IMG/VR virus record: IMGVR_UViG_3300044644_001125
Span: 248,001 to 312,000 of that record
Length of the DNA stretch: 64,000 nt
Direction: 5' to 3' (one strand)
Below the pieces are notes generated by a model. That model made no database searches. It was not told where the DNA came from and saw nothing but the letters and a program-made list of their open reading frames with translations. Position 1 is the stretch's first letter. Each line of letters opens with the position of its first letter. The translations under genes were made by a program, and so were the position numbers. Below are positions 1 through 7,934 of the stretch, in pieces.

Positions 1-10
1 AAGAAAATCG

Positions 11-604
11 TTGGCCAAAGAACATGGTGAAGTATTCTCAATCGATGATGCTGTAATTGATGTCGATTTTAAAGCAGAATTTGCACCTAGACCACAATCA
101 GTTATCGAATTCTACGTTCCAAAAGAATTACGTGGGCAAGGTATTGGTACCAAACTATTACAAATGGCTGTTTCCAAGTATCCAATGCTTGGTGGTCAAG
201 TTAGTTCAATGGCTTCATTGAAGGTATTTTACAACTTAGATTTTAGAAATCCAAGTATTCCTAAAGGATCGATTCAAGATCATGTGGATATTATGAATGA
301 TTATAGTTCAGTGTATATGGCACATACCGATGATAAAGGTGTACCGTACAGTAAACTTAAAACTGAATCAGTTGATATTAGAACTTTAGTTGATACTATT
401 GATAAACTAGAATCAGAAATTCTAGCTGAAAAGTCTTTGAGTAAAGCACAACAACGGTTGTTTGGTGCGGTTAAACATGCCCAAGAAACTGGTGATGCAT
501 CCAGTCCTAAAATAGCAAAGATGGCTAAGTCGATTAGTAAATCAGATGTTAAAGACTTTGCTAGCACTAAGCATAAAGGCCTACCTGAGAAAAAGAAGAA
601 ATAG
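11..604 (+). CDS. Probable virion-packaged multidomain protein, probably 5'-truncated by the window edge: GNAT acetyltransferase-like domain plus C-terminal DUF3008-like domain
   Basis: GNAT acetyl-CoA motif VPKELRGQGIGTKLL; internal leader-like segment KLKTE-SVDIRTLVDTIDKLESE; C-terminal SKAQQR...KDFASTKHKGLP resembles DUF3008; the frame is open to the window start. Confidence 0.6.
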   Translation: MAKEHGEVFSIDDAVIDVDFKAEFAPRPQSVIEFYVPKELRGQGIGTKLLQMAVSKYPMLGGQVSSMASLKVFYNLDFRNPSIPKGSIQDHVDIMNDYSSVYMAHTDDKGVPYSKLKTESVDIRTLVDTIDKLESEILAEKSLSKAQQRLFGAVKHAQETGDASSPKIAKMAKSISKSDVKDFASTKHKGLPEKKKK

Positions 605-605
605 T

Positions 606-1418
606 ATGGAAATCCGTTATCTTTTAGATAAGTTGAAGTTGATTGAGTCTGAGGTGGAACAGCCAAAAGATGATGAAGTTCAAGAACCCGTTAAGGCAGA
701 ACCAGTCAAGCAAGAACCTCAAAAGGTTGATAAACCAGAACAACGATTGGCACCAAATGGAAAACCTTCCAAATTAAATGCTGGTCAATACCGCATGGTA
801 AGAACCCCTGAATTCAAAGCATGGTTTGGTGATTGGGAACACGATGAACATAAGTATCAATCTAGTGAAATCGTTGGCGCGAATGAAGAACCATTAGTAT
901 GCTATCGAGGCAACGTCGAAGATTTTGGTGATACATTCTCTTATGATAAGCAAAACCTAACACATAAATCAGTAAGTAATACATTTGGATTTTTCTTTAG
1001 TACAGACTCGAGCGATGCCACTCATTACACAGGTGACACGGGTAATACACAAGCCGTATTTTTAAATATAAGAAATCCATTAAGATTACGGCAAAAATAC
1101 ATTTCTGATATGGACGAGTTTGTTAAATTAATGAAAACCGCTAATGTGTCATTATCATCTGATACATTGGATAGTATCGTCAATTATTTGAATGGCATCC
1201 GTTCCTCATTTGATTTGCATGACACCCACAAATACTTAACCGGTGGTGGTTCATTACTACGTAATGATTTAATATCAGCTGGCTATGATGGTATGATGTT
1301 CCTCGAAAATAAACATGAAGGTGCAATCGTCGTTGCATTCAACCCAAACCAAGTTAAATCTGCGATTGGTAATGTAGGATTCAGTACCAAATCTGACAAA
1401 ATGCACGAGGAACTCTAA
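606..1418 (+). CDS. ADP-ribosyltransferase-like protein (ART-PolyVal-like), paralog 1, with MEIRYLLDKLKLIE leader
   Basis: Start placed at ATG 606 because the leader matches the next two genes; LAPNGKPS..RTPEFKAWFGDWE..EPLVCYRG..FFS..YDG..FNPNQVKSA. Confidence 0.7.
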   Translation: MEIRYLLDKLKLIESEVEQPKDDEVQEPVKAEPVKQEPQKVDKPEQRLAPNGKPSKLNAGQYRMVRTPEFKAWFGDWEHDEHKYQSSEIVGANEEPLVCYRGNVEDFGDTFSYDKQNLTHKSVSNTFGFFFSTDSSDATHYTGDTGNTQAVFLNIRNPLRLRQKYISDMDEFVKLMKTANVSLSSDTLDSIVNYLNGIRSSFDLHDTHKYLTGGGSLLRNDLISAGYDGMMFLENKHEGAIVVAFNPNQVKSAIGNVGFSTKSDKMHEEL

Positions 1419-2020
1419 TGGAAATCCGTTATCTTTTAGACAAATTAAAGTTACTTGAATCTGAGCAATTACTAGCACCAAATGGAAAGCCAAGTAATTT
1501 GAATCCGGTTCAATACCAACAAGTAAGAACACCTGCTTTTAAAGCATGGTTTGGTGACAGTAAAGTAGTTGATGAAAACGGTGAACCCTTGGTTGTATAT
1601 CACGCAACTAATGCTGATTTTACTGAATTTGATACTAATTTAGGAAGCGGAGTAGCAGGTAAAGGTACTTACGTTACTTCAATAAAACCATCTAATGACA
1701 ACTATGGGAATTATGTAATGCCATTGTTTGTTAGTATTCGCAATCCTATCGACTTTTCAAGTGGTGATAAGGCAATAAACGATAAAGCTGAAGATTTAGG
1801 ATTGGAAGGATTATTCGAATTGTCAAGCCTAGCACAAATTGACAAGTGGAGTGGCGAGTTAAAACAAAAACTGCAACAAGAAGGATACGATGGTGCTGAA
1901 TTAAAGGGTGATGGTAATGCTAGATATTTCGTAGCATATAACTCGAATCAAATTAAATCTGCCATTGGTAATACCGGATCTTTCAGTCAGCAATCAAACA
2001 AAGTACACGAGGGACTGTAA
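1418..2020 (+). CDS. ADP-ribosyltransferase-like protein (ART-PolyVal-like), paralog 2
   Basis: Same leader; RTPAFKAWFGDSKVVDENGEPLVVYHAT..GYDG..NQIKSA; TAATG stop/start overlap. Confidence 0.75.
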   Translation: MEIRYLLDKLKLLESEQLLAPNGKPSNLNPVQYQQVRTPAFKAWFGDSKVVDENGEPLVVYHATNADFTEFDTNLGSGVAGKGTYVTSIKPSNDNYGNYVMPLFVSIRNPIDFSSGDKAINDKAEDLGLEGLFELSSLAQIDKWSGELKQKLQQEGYDGAELKGDGNARYFVAYNSNQIKSAIGNTGSFSQQSNKVHEGL

Positions 2021-2775
2021 TGGAAATCCGTTATCTTTTAGACAAATTAAAGTTACTTGAATCTGAGATAGAATTACCAAAAGATGATGAACCAACCGTT
2101 GAACCAACTAAACCGGTTAAAGTAAAAAAACAGGCAAGACTAGCACCGAATGGGAAACCATCCAATCTTAATCCAACCCAATATTTACAGGTTAGAACGC
2201 CTGCATTTAAAGCATGGTTTGGCGATTGGGAAAATAACCCAGAATCTGCTAGTAAAGTAGTGGATACTAATGGTGAGCCTATGGTAATGCATCATGGAAC
2301 TAAGTCAAAAACAAAATTCACTAGTTTCAACGCACATTCACCAAACTTCTTTACACATGACCCGGAGTATGCAAAAGTATATTCTCATGGAAAATCACCT
2401 ATATCGGTGTTTTTAAATATAAAACAGCCATTTGATACACGTAATAGTGATGCTCTCGATTTCTATAATAACAAATTCGTGCCCTATTTCACTAATAGAT
2501 TTCCAAGATTAGCAGCTGAAGGATTGTCACCATTAAAACAAGGTGAAGCAGTTCCATTTATATGGGCTGATCAGTTATTTTCAGCATTGCGTTCATTTGG
2601 TCGGGCTGGTGAAAGTTCATATGATGGTATATATGTTGATGAGGGTGATACTCCGAAAATTGCCAAATCATCTGCGCAATTTGCGATAGTACCAATGGGC
2701 AATACACAGATAAAATCAGCAAAACAGAATGTTGGATATAACCCAGAATCTGACAACATTCACGAGGAACTTTAA
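2020..2775 (+). CDS. ADP-ribosyltransferase-like protein (ART-PolyVal-like), paralog 3
   Basis: Same leader; RTPAFKAWFGDWE..SKVVDTNGEPMVMHHGT..FFT..YDG..TQIKSA; TAATG overlap. Confidence 0.75.
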   Translation: MEIRYLLDKLKLLESEIELPKDDEPTVEPTKPVKVKKQARLAPNGKPSNLNPTQYLQVRTPAFKAWFGDWENNPESASKVVDTNGEPMVMHHGTKSKTKFTSFNAHSPNFFTHDPEYAKVYSHGKSPISVFLNIKQPFDTRNSDALDFYNNKFVPYFTNRFPRLAAEGLSPLKQGEAVPFIWADQLFSALRSFGRAGESSYDGIYVDEGDTPKIAKSSAQFAIVPMGNTQIKSAKQNVGYNPESDNIHEEL

Positions 2776-2987
2776 TGGACGAACTAGAACGAATTAAACT
2801 ACTGGCAGGGATTAAGCCATTTGCTGGATTATCCACATACCAGCCATCAGAACAACACGCAACTGCTACTATGAAACGTGATTTTGAAAAATCAAATAAC
2901 ATCCAACCTGGAACTCCAGAATGGTTTAGACTTTGGTTTGCACAAACTCACTTAACTGGTGAATCACCATTTGGAGACAAACAATGA
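2775..2987 (+). CDS. Small hypothetical phage protein
   Basis: Translationally coupled ORF; ELERIKLLAGI motif, related to QLRVLAGQ in the 3250 protein. Confidence 0.65.
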   Translation: MDELERIKLLAGIKPFAGLSTYQPSEQHATATMKRDFEKSNNIQPGTPEWFRLWFAQTHLTGESPFGDKQ

Positions 2988-3232
2988 GATTGCACGAATT
3001 ATTTGAAGAAGCTAGTGCCGGTGCAACAAGTGCAGGTGATATAGCGGCAGTATACAATCCAAATCTTGCCATTGGTAAAAGATCAAAAAGTTACGCAGGT
3101 AGCCCAGGAAAACCTGGAACAAAAGCACCAAAACCACCTAAAGTGGTTCAACCAACGAATTCAGATGGTACGGCTAAAAACGCGCTAAATATGAAAGACA
3201 ACTTGTTTGGTGGAACTCCCATTAAACGCTAA
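2984..3232 (+). CDS. Small probable internal head protein (MRLHELFE leader)
   Basis: ATGA overlap; leader ends in L-F-E and is followed by ASAGATSAG; K/P-rich. Confidence 0.65.
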   Translation: MRLHELFEEASAGATSAGDIAAVYNPNLAIGKRSKSYAGSPGKPGTKAPKPPKVVQPTNSDGTAKNALNMKDNLFGGTPIKR

Positions 3233-3249
3233 CCTTAAGGACCCCCAAA

Positions 3250-4713
3250 ATGAAAGACATTTTAGATAAACTCGATGCAATCGAAACACCAGTAGCTGGT
3301 GTAGCAGCACCCACATTACCATCACCAATTCAATTGGATGAAAGTGCACAATTACGTGTACTAGCAGGCCAATCTTCACTTCTTACTGAAGCAGCTAAGG
3401 TAAAGAAACCAAAAGCTAAGAAAGAAGAAAAAGTCGAAGAACAACAAGTTGAAAGTTTAGATGATGAAATGGAAGAAGATTTGGAAGAATCTGCAGAACA
3501 AGCAGCTGCACGTGCTAAATTTGAAAACTTAGTTACTAAAGTTGCACCTACGTCTAAATCTGGTTCTGCAACCGATGCAATGAAAGCACAGACTGGTAAA
3601 GATAAAAAACCAGTAGGTAAAGGTGGTGCAGCATTCAAAAAAGAACTCGATAAAGAATTGAAAACCGAAGATTCTAAACCAAGTGCTGGTTTAACTAAAA
3701 AAGAGAAATCTGCAGTAGTTAAGAAAGCAGTTGCCGGTAAAGATATTGGAAAAAAAGGTAAAGGCTTTGAGAAAGTTGAAAAAGCAGCAGCAAAAAGTGG
3801 AGCTAAAGACCCTAAAGCAGTTGCAGCAGCCGCTATGTGGAAAGGCCAAGCTAAAAAGAAAGCAGTTAAGGAATCAATCGAACCTAAACTAACTTTCAAA
3901 CAAATGGTCACTTTAGTTCAAGAAAGCGGTGGTCAACAACAAATCGATGCGGTTGATACTGAATTGTTTGCATGGGCACAACGTGTTGCTAGTGCCAAAT
4001 ACGAAGGTGTTAAACAAGAACTTTATGCCGGTATGGTATACGAAAACATGGGTGGTGAATTCCGTATGTTTGACGTATTATCGGAAGCAATGACCGGACA
4101 CCCTGATACTTGGTCAGATCCACGTTGGGATGGTCCAGATCCAGCAGAAGCACCTGTTTCACACAAGGCGTTGGAGTACTTCAATGATAATTTCTATGAA
4201 ATCGCATGGCCAAGTGTTGCAGAAGAACTCAAAGCTATGATTGAAAACGACGAAAGTGGCGATATCATGTGGCCAATTGTTGCTATTGGTAAATCCAAAT
4301 ATGGAAATGAAAAGGTCAACACCGCTGCCGAGCTTGGTAAAATTAAAAATGCAATTTTAAACATGCTCGACGAAAAAACAATCAACGACATATACGACAA
4401 TGCAATTTCTAAATTTTGGAGTAAGCATAATACCGACCCCAGTTTTCAAGATAAGAATGACGAGAGTTTTGAAGAATCATTCGACGAAGAATTCGAAGAA
4501 GCATTTGGTAAACATCAAGCTAAACAAAACTGGTTTGAAACGCTAAACGCAGCATTAGAATCAGAAGGTTTGGTTGACCAATGGCCAACTGGTCGTAATA
4601 TTTCATATGGTCAAACTGTACGTGTAAAATCAAATGATGGTGAACGTCTTATTTCAGTAACTCGTGAAACAGACGGCCGTTATGAACGACCAGTTCACTA
4701 CAAACTTCGTTAA
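3250..4713 (+). CDS. Probable internal head/core protein with multiple (I/L)-X-E processing-like sites
   Basis: AAGGA RBS; MKDILDKLDAIE leader; LDE-S, LTE-A, VKE-S, LSE-A sites; alternating acidic and K/A-rich tracts. Confidence 0.65.
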   Translation: MKDILDKLDAIETPVAGVAAPTLPSPIQLDESAQLRVLAGQSSLLTEAAKVKKPKAKKEEKVEEQQVESLDDEMEEDLEESAEQAAARAKFENLVTKVAPTSKSGSATDAMKAQTGKDKKPVGKGGAAFKKELDKELKTEDSKPSAGLTKKEKSAVVKKAVAGKDIGKKGKGFEKVEKAAAKSGAKDPKAVAAAAMWKGQAKKKAVKESIEPKLTFKQMVTLVQESGGQQQIDAVDTELFAWAQRVASAKYEGVKQELYAGMVYENMGGEFRMFDVLSEAMTGHPDTWSDPRWDGPDPAEAPVSHKALEYFNDNFYEIAWPSVAEELKAMIENDESGDIMWPIVAIGKSKYGNEKVNTAAELGKIKNAILNMLDEKTINDIYDNAISKFWSKHNTDPSFQDKNDESFEESFDEEFEEAFGKHQAKQNWFETLNAALESEGLVDQWPTGRNISYGQTVRVKSNDGERLISVTRETDGRYERPVHYKLR

Positions 4714-4736
4714 TCCTAAAAGATAATGAACACAAG

Positions 4737-4760
4737 AAGCCAGTCTAGTACTGGCTTTTT
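4737..4760 (+). terminator. Intrinsic terminator
   Basis: AAGCCAGT-ctagt-ACTGGCTT followed by a T run. Confidence 0.75.
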
Positions 4761-4775
4761 AAATTGGAGACCTAT

Positions 4776-4880
4776 ATGAGAATTCACGAAATACTAGAAA
4801 ACACAACCAAACAATTTCCAATTCCATGGAACTCGGCATGGAAGCCGAGTGACCCCCTAGGACGGGTTGCGACGCGCTAG
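4776..4880 (+). pseudogene. 5' fragment of a fourth leader-bearing ART-like gene
   Basis: GGAG RBS and ATG 4776 give MRIHEILENTTKQFPI..., stop at 4878-4880; FHGT (ttc cat gga act, 4822-4833) lies in a shifted frame. Confidence 0.55.
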
Positions 4881-6340
4881 CGGAGCAGAGGACGCGAGGG
4901 TCATTTAATTGACATGAGCGGCAACCGTCTTACCTGTTATTATACAGACATAGCTTACAAAGACAACTTCAATTTAACTAAATAGAGATATGAGCACATC
5001 TACTAAAATCACTGGATACAAAACGAAATGCCTGTTAAATCAGGAGCAGATCGCTTTGTTCGATAAATCAGTGGATGGTTGTGTATTTGCATATAACGAA
5101 TTTCTTGCATTGGTGAACGCCGAATATGCCATAACTGGTAAGATTTCTACCAAATGCTGTAGTGTCAAAGAATTAAGAAATAACAACCCGTGGTTAAAAG
5201 AGCTATCTAGTAGAGTAATCGATGGATCTCGTCTTAATCTATTGGATGCATTTAGCCGGTTCTTTAGTAAGCAAAATGACTTCCCAGTATTTAAAAACCG
5301 GTATAGTAAGAAATCACTAAGACATGCCGGCGATTGTTACTTGTACATGAAAAATGGGTATATGTACGCAGTTATTCCAAAAATTGGTCATGTGAAGCTA
5401 TTGACTGATTTCTCGGATTCAGCTAATCAATTTGATTATACAACTGTTACTGGGATAACCTTATCCCAAGATAGTCTTGGAAACTTTTATGTCTCATTTC
5501 ATGCGAAATCGACTACTGCTCATTTACCAAAGACCCATAAATCAGTTGGTATAGACCCAGGTCTTACTACTTTTGCGACCTTGAGCACTGGTAAAAAGAT
5601 CAAGAATCCAAGATTTCGTGAAAGAACAGAAAACCGAATGAAAGCGCTTCAGCGTAAACTCGCGAAATGTACCAAGAACTCAATAAGATATAACAAATAT
5701 AAGAAACAAATAGCTGCACTTCATCAGAAATCGGCAAATCAATTAAATGACTTCCATAAAAAGACATCAACTAAAATAACCAAAGGCTACGACAACATCT
5801 ATATTGAGGAAACTCAGACCAAAAACATGATGTCTCGTGGTAAGAAAAAAACAAAAAGCCCTAGACGCCTAGGGAAATCATTCGCTCAAGCCGGAATCAG
5901 TGCATTCCGTGAAATCTTGATAAGAAAGGCGGAGCTTGTTGGTAAAAAGGTTCATCTTGTACCAGCTCGCAATACAACAAAAACATGCAGTAGTTGTGGT
6001 CACATCCACAACGATTTAACTCTTAAAGATCGGTCATGGACTTGCCCCGTATGCGGTATTGAACATGACCGAGACATAAATGCTGCCCGTAATATATTAC
6101 AAAAAGGGCAAGCTAATCGGTTTACCGGAGGTGGACTTGTTGCACAGGGCAACAATACCGGGTTACCTAATCAAAAAAGGACGCAGCAAAGCGGGTTAAC
6201 TCCCGTTAGCAAAAGTACCAGTTCAGCTACTAGCAGTACCAGTAGCCTACCTGTTATTTAAACGTCTATTCACGGTTTATCCCGTGAACCGAGGACACGA
6301 CGTCCGAAGTTCTCAGGGATGCCGCGAAATACCGACGGTT
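4831..6340 (+). mobile_element. Non-autonomous tnpB-only element (IS200/IS605- or IS607-related); ends approximate
   Basis: GC-rich hairpins on both sides of tnpB (ACTCGGC/GCCGAGT 4831-4850; TTCACGG/CCGTGAA 6269-6288); lies between two fragments of an ART-like gene; no tnpA adjacent. Confidence 0.65.
4990..6261 (+). CDS. tnpB: RNA-guided endonuclease TnpB
   Basis: RuvC-I VGIDPG, RuvC-II IYIEE, zinc finger CSSC..CPVC, RuvC-III DRDINAARNI; N-terminal HTH-like region. Confidence 0.93.
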   Translation: MSTSTKITGYKTKCLLNQEQIALFDKSVDGCVFAYNEFLALVNAEYAITGKISTKCCSVKELRNNNPWLKELSSRVIDGSRLNLLDAFSRFFSKQNDFPVFKNRYSKKSLRHAGDCYLYMKNGYMYAVIPKIGHVKLLTDFSDSANQFDYTTVTGITLSQDSLGNFYVSFHAKSTTAHLPKTHKSVGIDPGLTTFATLSTGKKIKNPRFRERTENRMKALQRKLAKCTKNSIRYNKYKKQIAALHQKSANQLNDFHKKTSTKITKGYDNIYIEETQTKNMMSRGKKKTKSPRRLGKSFAQAGISAFREILIRKAELVGKKVHLVPARNTTKTCSSCGHIHNDLTLKDRSWTCPVCGIEHDRDINAARNILQKGQANRFTGGGLVAQGNNTGLPNQKRTQQSGLTPVSKSTSSATSSTSSLPVI

Positions 6341-6360
6341 TCTGCCACCTATGCTGGTGC
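6120..6360 (+). ncRNA. Putative TnpB omega-RNA (scaffold plus guide running into the flanking gene); boundaries uncertain
   Basis: Low-complexity C-terminal tail of tnpB followed by GC-rich hairpins (6269-6288; GGAC-acgac-GTCC); this is the expected position for TnpB guide RNAs. Confidence 0.45.
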
Positions 6361-6706
6361 CGAACCAAGCGCAACCGGTGAAATTACCCATTTCAAACAA
6401 TGTGGTAATGTGATGCCACTATTAATCAAACCCGGAAAATCAATGGTTGTCGATGCGAAAGGTGCTAACTGGAATGACATTTACATCAAAAAATATCCTA
6501 TCTTGGAAACAACCAACGATTTCGCGGAATATGCCCAATCAAATGGCAAGGATACTTTGTATATCAAAAACGTAAGAGATAATAAGACTTGGCAGAAAGA
6601 TAAACTTCCTAGCACGGTTGTATTTGCATTTCACCCATCTTATATAAGATCAATTAATGCAAAATTCGACCCAGCCAATCACGAAGATGAAGATTTAATG
6701 GCATGA
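6332..6706 (+). pseudogene. 3' fragment of the interrupted ART-like gene
   Basis: PTVSATYA..GNVMPLLIK..DTLYIKNVRD..VFAFHPSYIRSINAKFDP matches the C-terminal half of the ART-like family; no good RBS or start codon. Confidence 0.6.
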
Positions 6707-6769
6707 TATTATCAACTGTGTTATACTACATTCTCAGAATAACAGTCAATTACCACGAGGAGAAATAAG

Positions 6770-7033
6770 ATGAACACGATTGAATTGTTTTTAGCAGACT
6801 TGGAAAAGCTATGCGAGACGCACAATATCCAATTAATGTCCCCACCAAGTATAGCACCATTAGGAAACTCACAACGTAACTATTTGACATACCCGGGTGG
6901 TATAATGTCGGAGATGTTTGTACAACAGCAGCAAGTGGATATTACCATAAATCTACGAGCAATGCTAGAAGGTAATGTCCATCACGAGACAGACAACCGA
7001 CGTATTCACCCAGCTTTGAAGCATGACTATTAA
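6770..7033 (+). CDS. Hypothetical protein
   Basis: GAGGAG RBS; upstream extended -10 TGTTATACT at 6719. Confidence 0.65.
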   Translation: MNTIELFLADLEKLCETHNIQLMSPPSIAPLGNSQRNYLTYPGGIMSEMFVQQQQVDITINLRAMLEGNVHHETDNRRIHPALKHDY

Positions 7034-7118
7034 TCCCTAGTCATAGTACTGGCTTTTTAGTTTTTACTATGTTATACTGCATTCTCAGTTGGTAGTTTCA
7101 AGTATCTAAAAATAACAC

Positions 7119-7147
7119 TTGACAACTACCAACCACTCACCTACAAT
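7119..7147 (+). promoter_or_regulatory. Sigma70-type promoter
   Basis: TTGACA-17-TACAAT. Confidence 0.75.
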
Positions 7148-7176
7148 ACTAATTTTAACCACAACGAGAGAATCAA

Positions 7177-7434
7177 ATGTCAAAAATCTACGGACCTGAA
7201 GAAAAAGCAAAATTAGAACGTTTAATCAATGAAGGTTCTAACGTACTACGTGAAGTTGAAGACCTTTCAATGGGTCTTAAAGATACTGTAAAAGCAGTAG
7301 CTGAAGAACTTCAAATCAAACCTTCTATTATCAACAAAGCCATCAAGATTGCTCACAAAGGCAATTGGTCTACCTTTAATGAAGACTGGGAAGAAGTTGA
7401 AGCTATTCTTGATATCACTAAACGTTTAGATTAA
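7177..7434 (+). CDS. T4 DsbA-like double-stranded DNA-binding protein
   Basis: 85-aa helical protein with LKDTVKAVAEELQIKPSIINKAIKIAHK, the pattern of the DsbA/GapR-like family. Confidence 0.6.
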   Translation: MSKIYGPEEKAKLERLINEGSNVLREVEDLSMGLKDTVKAVAEELQIKPSIINKAIKIAHKGNWSTFNEDWEEVEAILDITKRLD

Positions 7435-7442
7435 TCTAGCAT

Positions 7443-7467
7443 GAGCAGCCTACGGGCTGCTCTTTTT
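7443..7467 (+). terminator. Intrinsic terminator
   Basis: GAGCAGCC-tacg-GGCTGCTC-TTTTT. Confidence 0.85.
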
Positions 7468-7502
7468 GTAATAGTTAATTTTGGGTCTAAATATTAGTTT
7501 AC

Positions 7503-7590
7503 GCTAGCACCTTGCTCGTACCTCACTCGTACATTACTCGTACATTGCTCGTACCTTGCTCGTGCATTGCGAGCACCGATAGGTGCGAGC
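7503..7590 (+). repeat. Six tandem 11-bp units (consensus RCTCGTACMTT) ending in a GCGA-GCACC-GATA-GGTGC-GAGC hairpin
   Basis: Units start at 7503, 7514, 7525, 7536, 7547 and 7558; hairpin at 7569-7590. Confidence 0.85.
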
Positions 7591-7612
7591 TTAACTGATA
7601 TTAGGATTTAAA

Positions 7613-7855
7613 ATGGCTAAAATAATCGAACAAAGTGACAAACTAGGTAGACCAGTAGTAGCAGGTAACTTCGTGGCATTCGCACATCACAACGACTTAC
7701 GAGTTGGTGTGGTAACCAAGGTATGCCCAAAACTAATCATGATAACAGAAATAGACAGAGAACGTAATAGGCATTATCGTAAGTATCAGTTTGACTTAAT
7801 CGTAATGGAAGAAAATCCACTGGTAACTATGTATTGCCTAAAACACGGCAAATAA
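7613..7855 (+). CDS. Hypothetical protein (possible SH3/KOW-like fold)
   Basis: AGGA RBS; DKLGRPVVAGNFVAF..VGVVTKV. Confidence 0.6.
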   Translation: MAKIIEQSDKLGRPVVAGNFVAFAHHNDLRVGVVTKVCPKLIMITEIDRERNRHYRKYQFDLIVMEENPLVTMYCLKHGK

Positions 7856-7934
7856 GTTATAATCAAAAAGGTTTACGACCGCCATAAGTGTCGGATTATA
7901 CGGTAAGATTGGCCATAAACAATCAGGAGTTTAA

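Noticed and set aside
546-605. Upstream extension of the first ART-like gene
   Set aside because: It overlaps the previous gene, and the paralog leaders define ATG 606 as the start
4909-4945. TTGACA as a sigma70 promoter for tnpB
   Set aside because: No acceptable -10 box at 16-18 nt spacing
4831-4990. IStron (group I intron plus tnpB)
   Set aside because: Only ~160 nt lie upstream of tnpB with no recognisable catalytic core, and the host gene is also frameshifted; RT-PCR would be needed to exclude it fully
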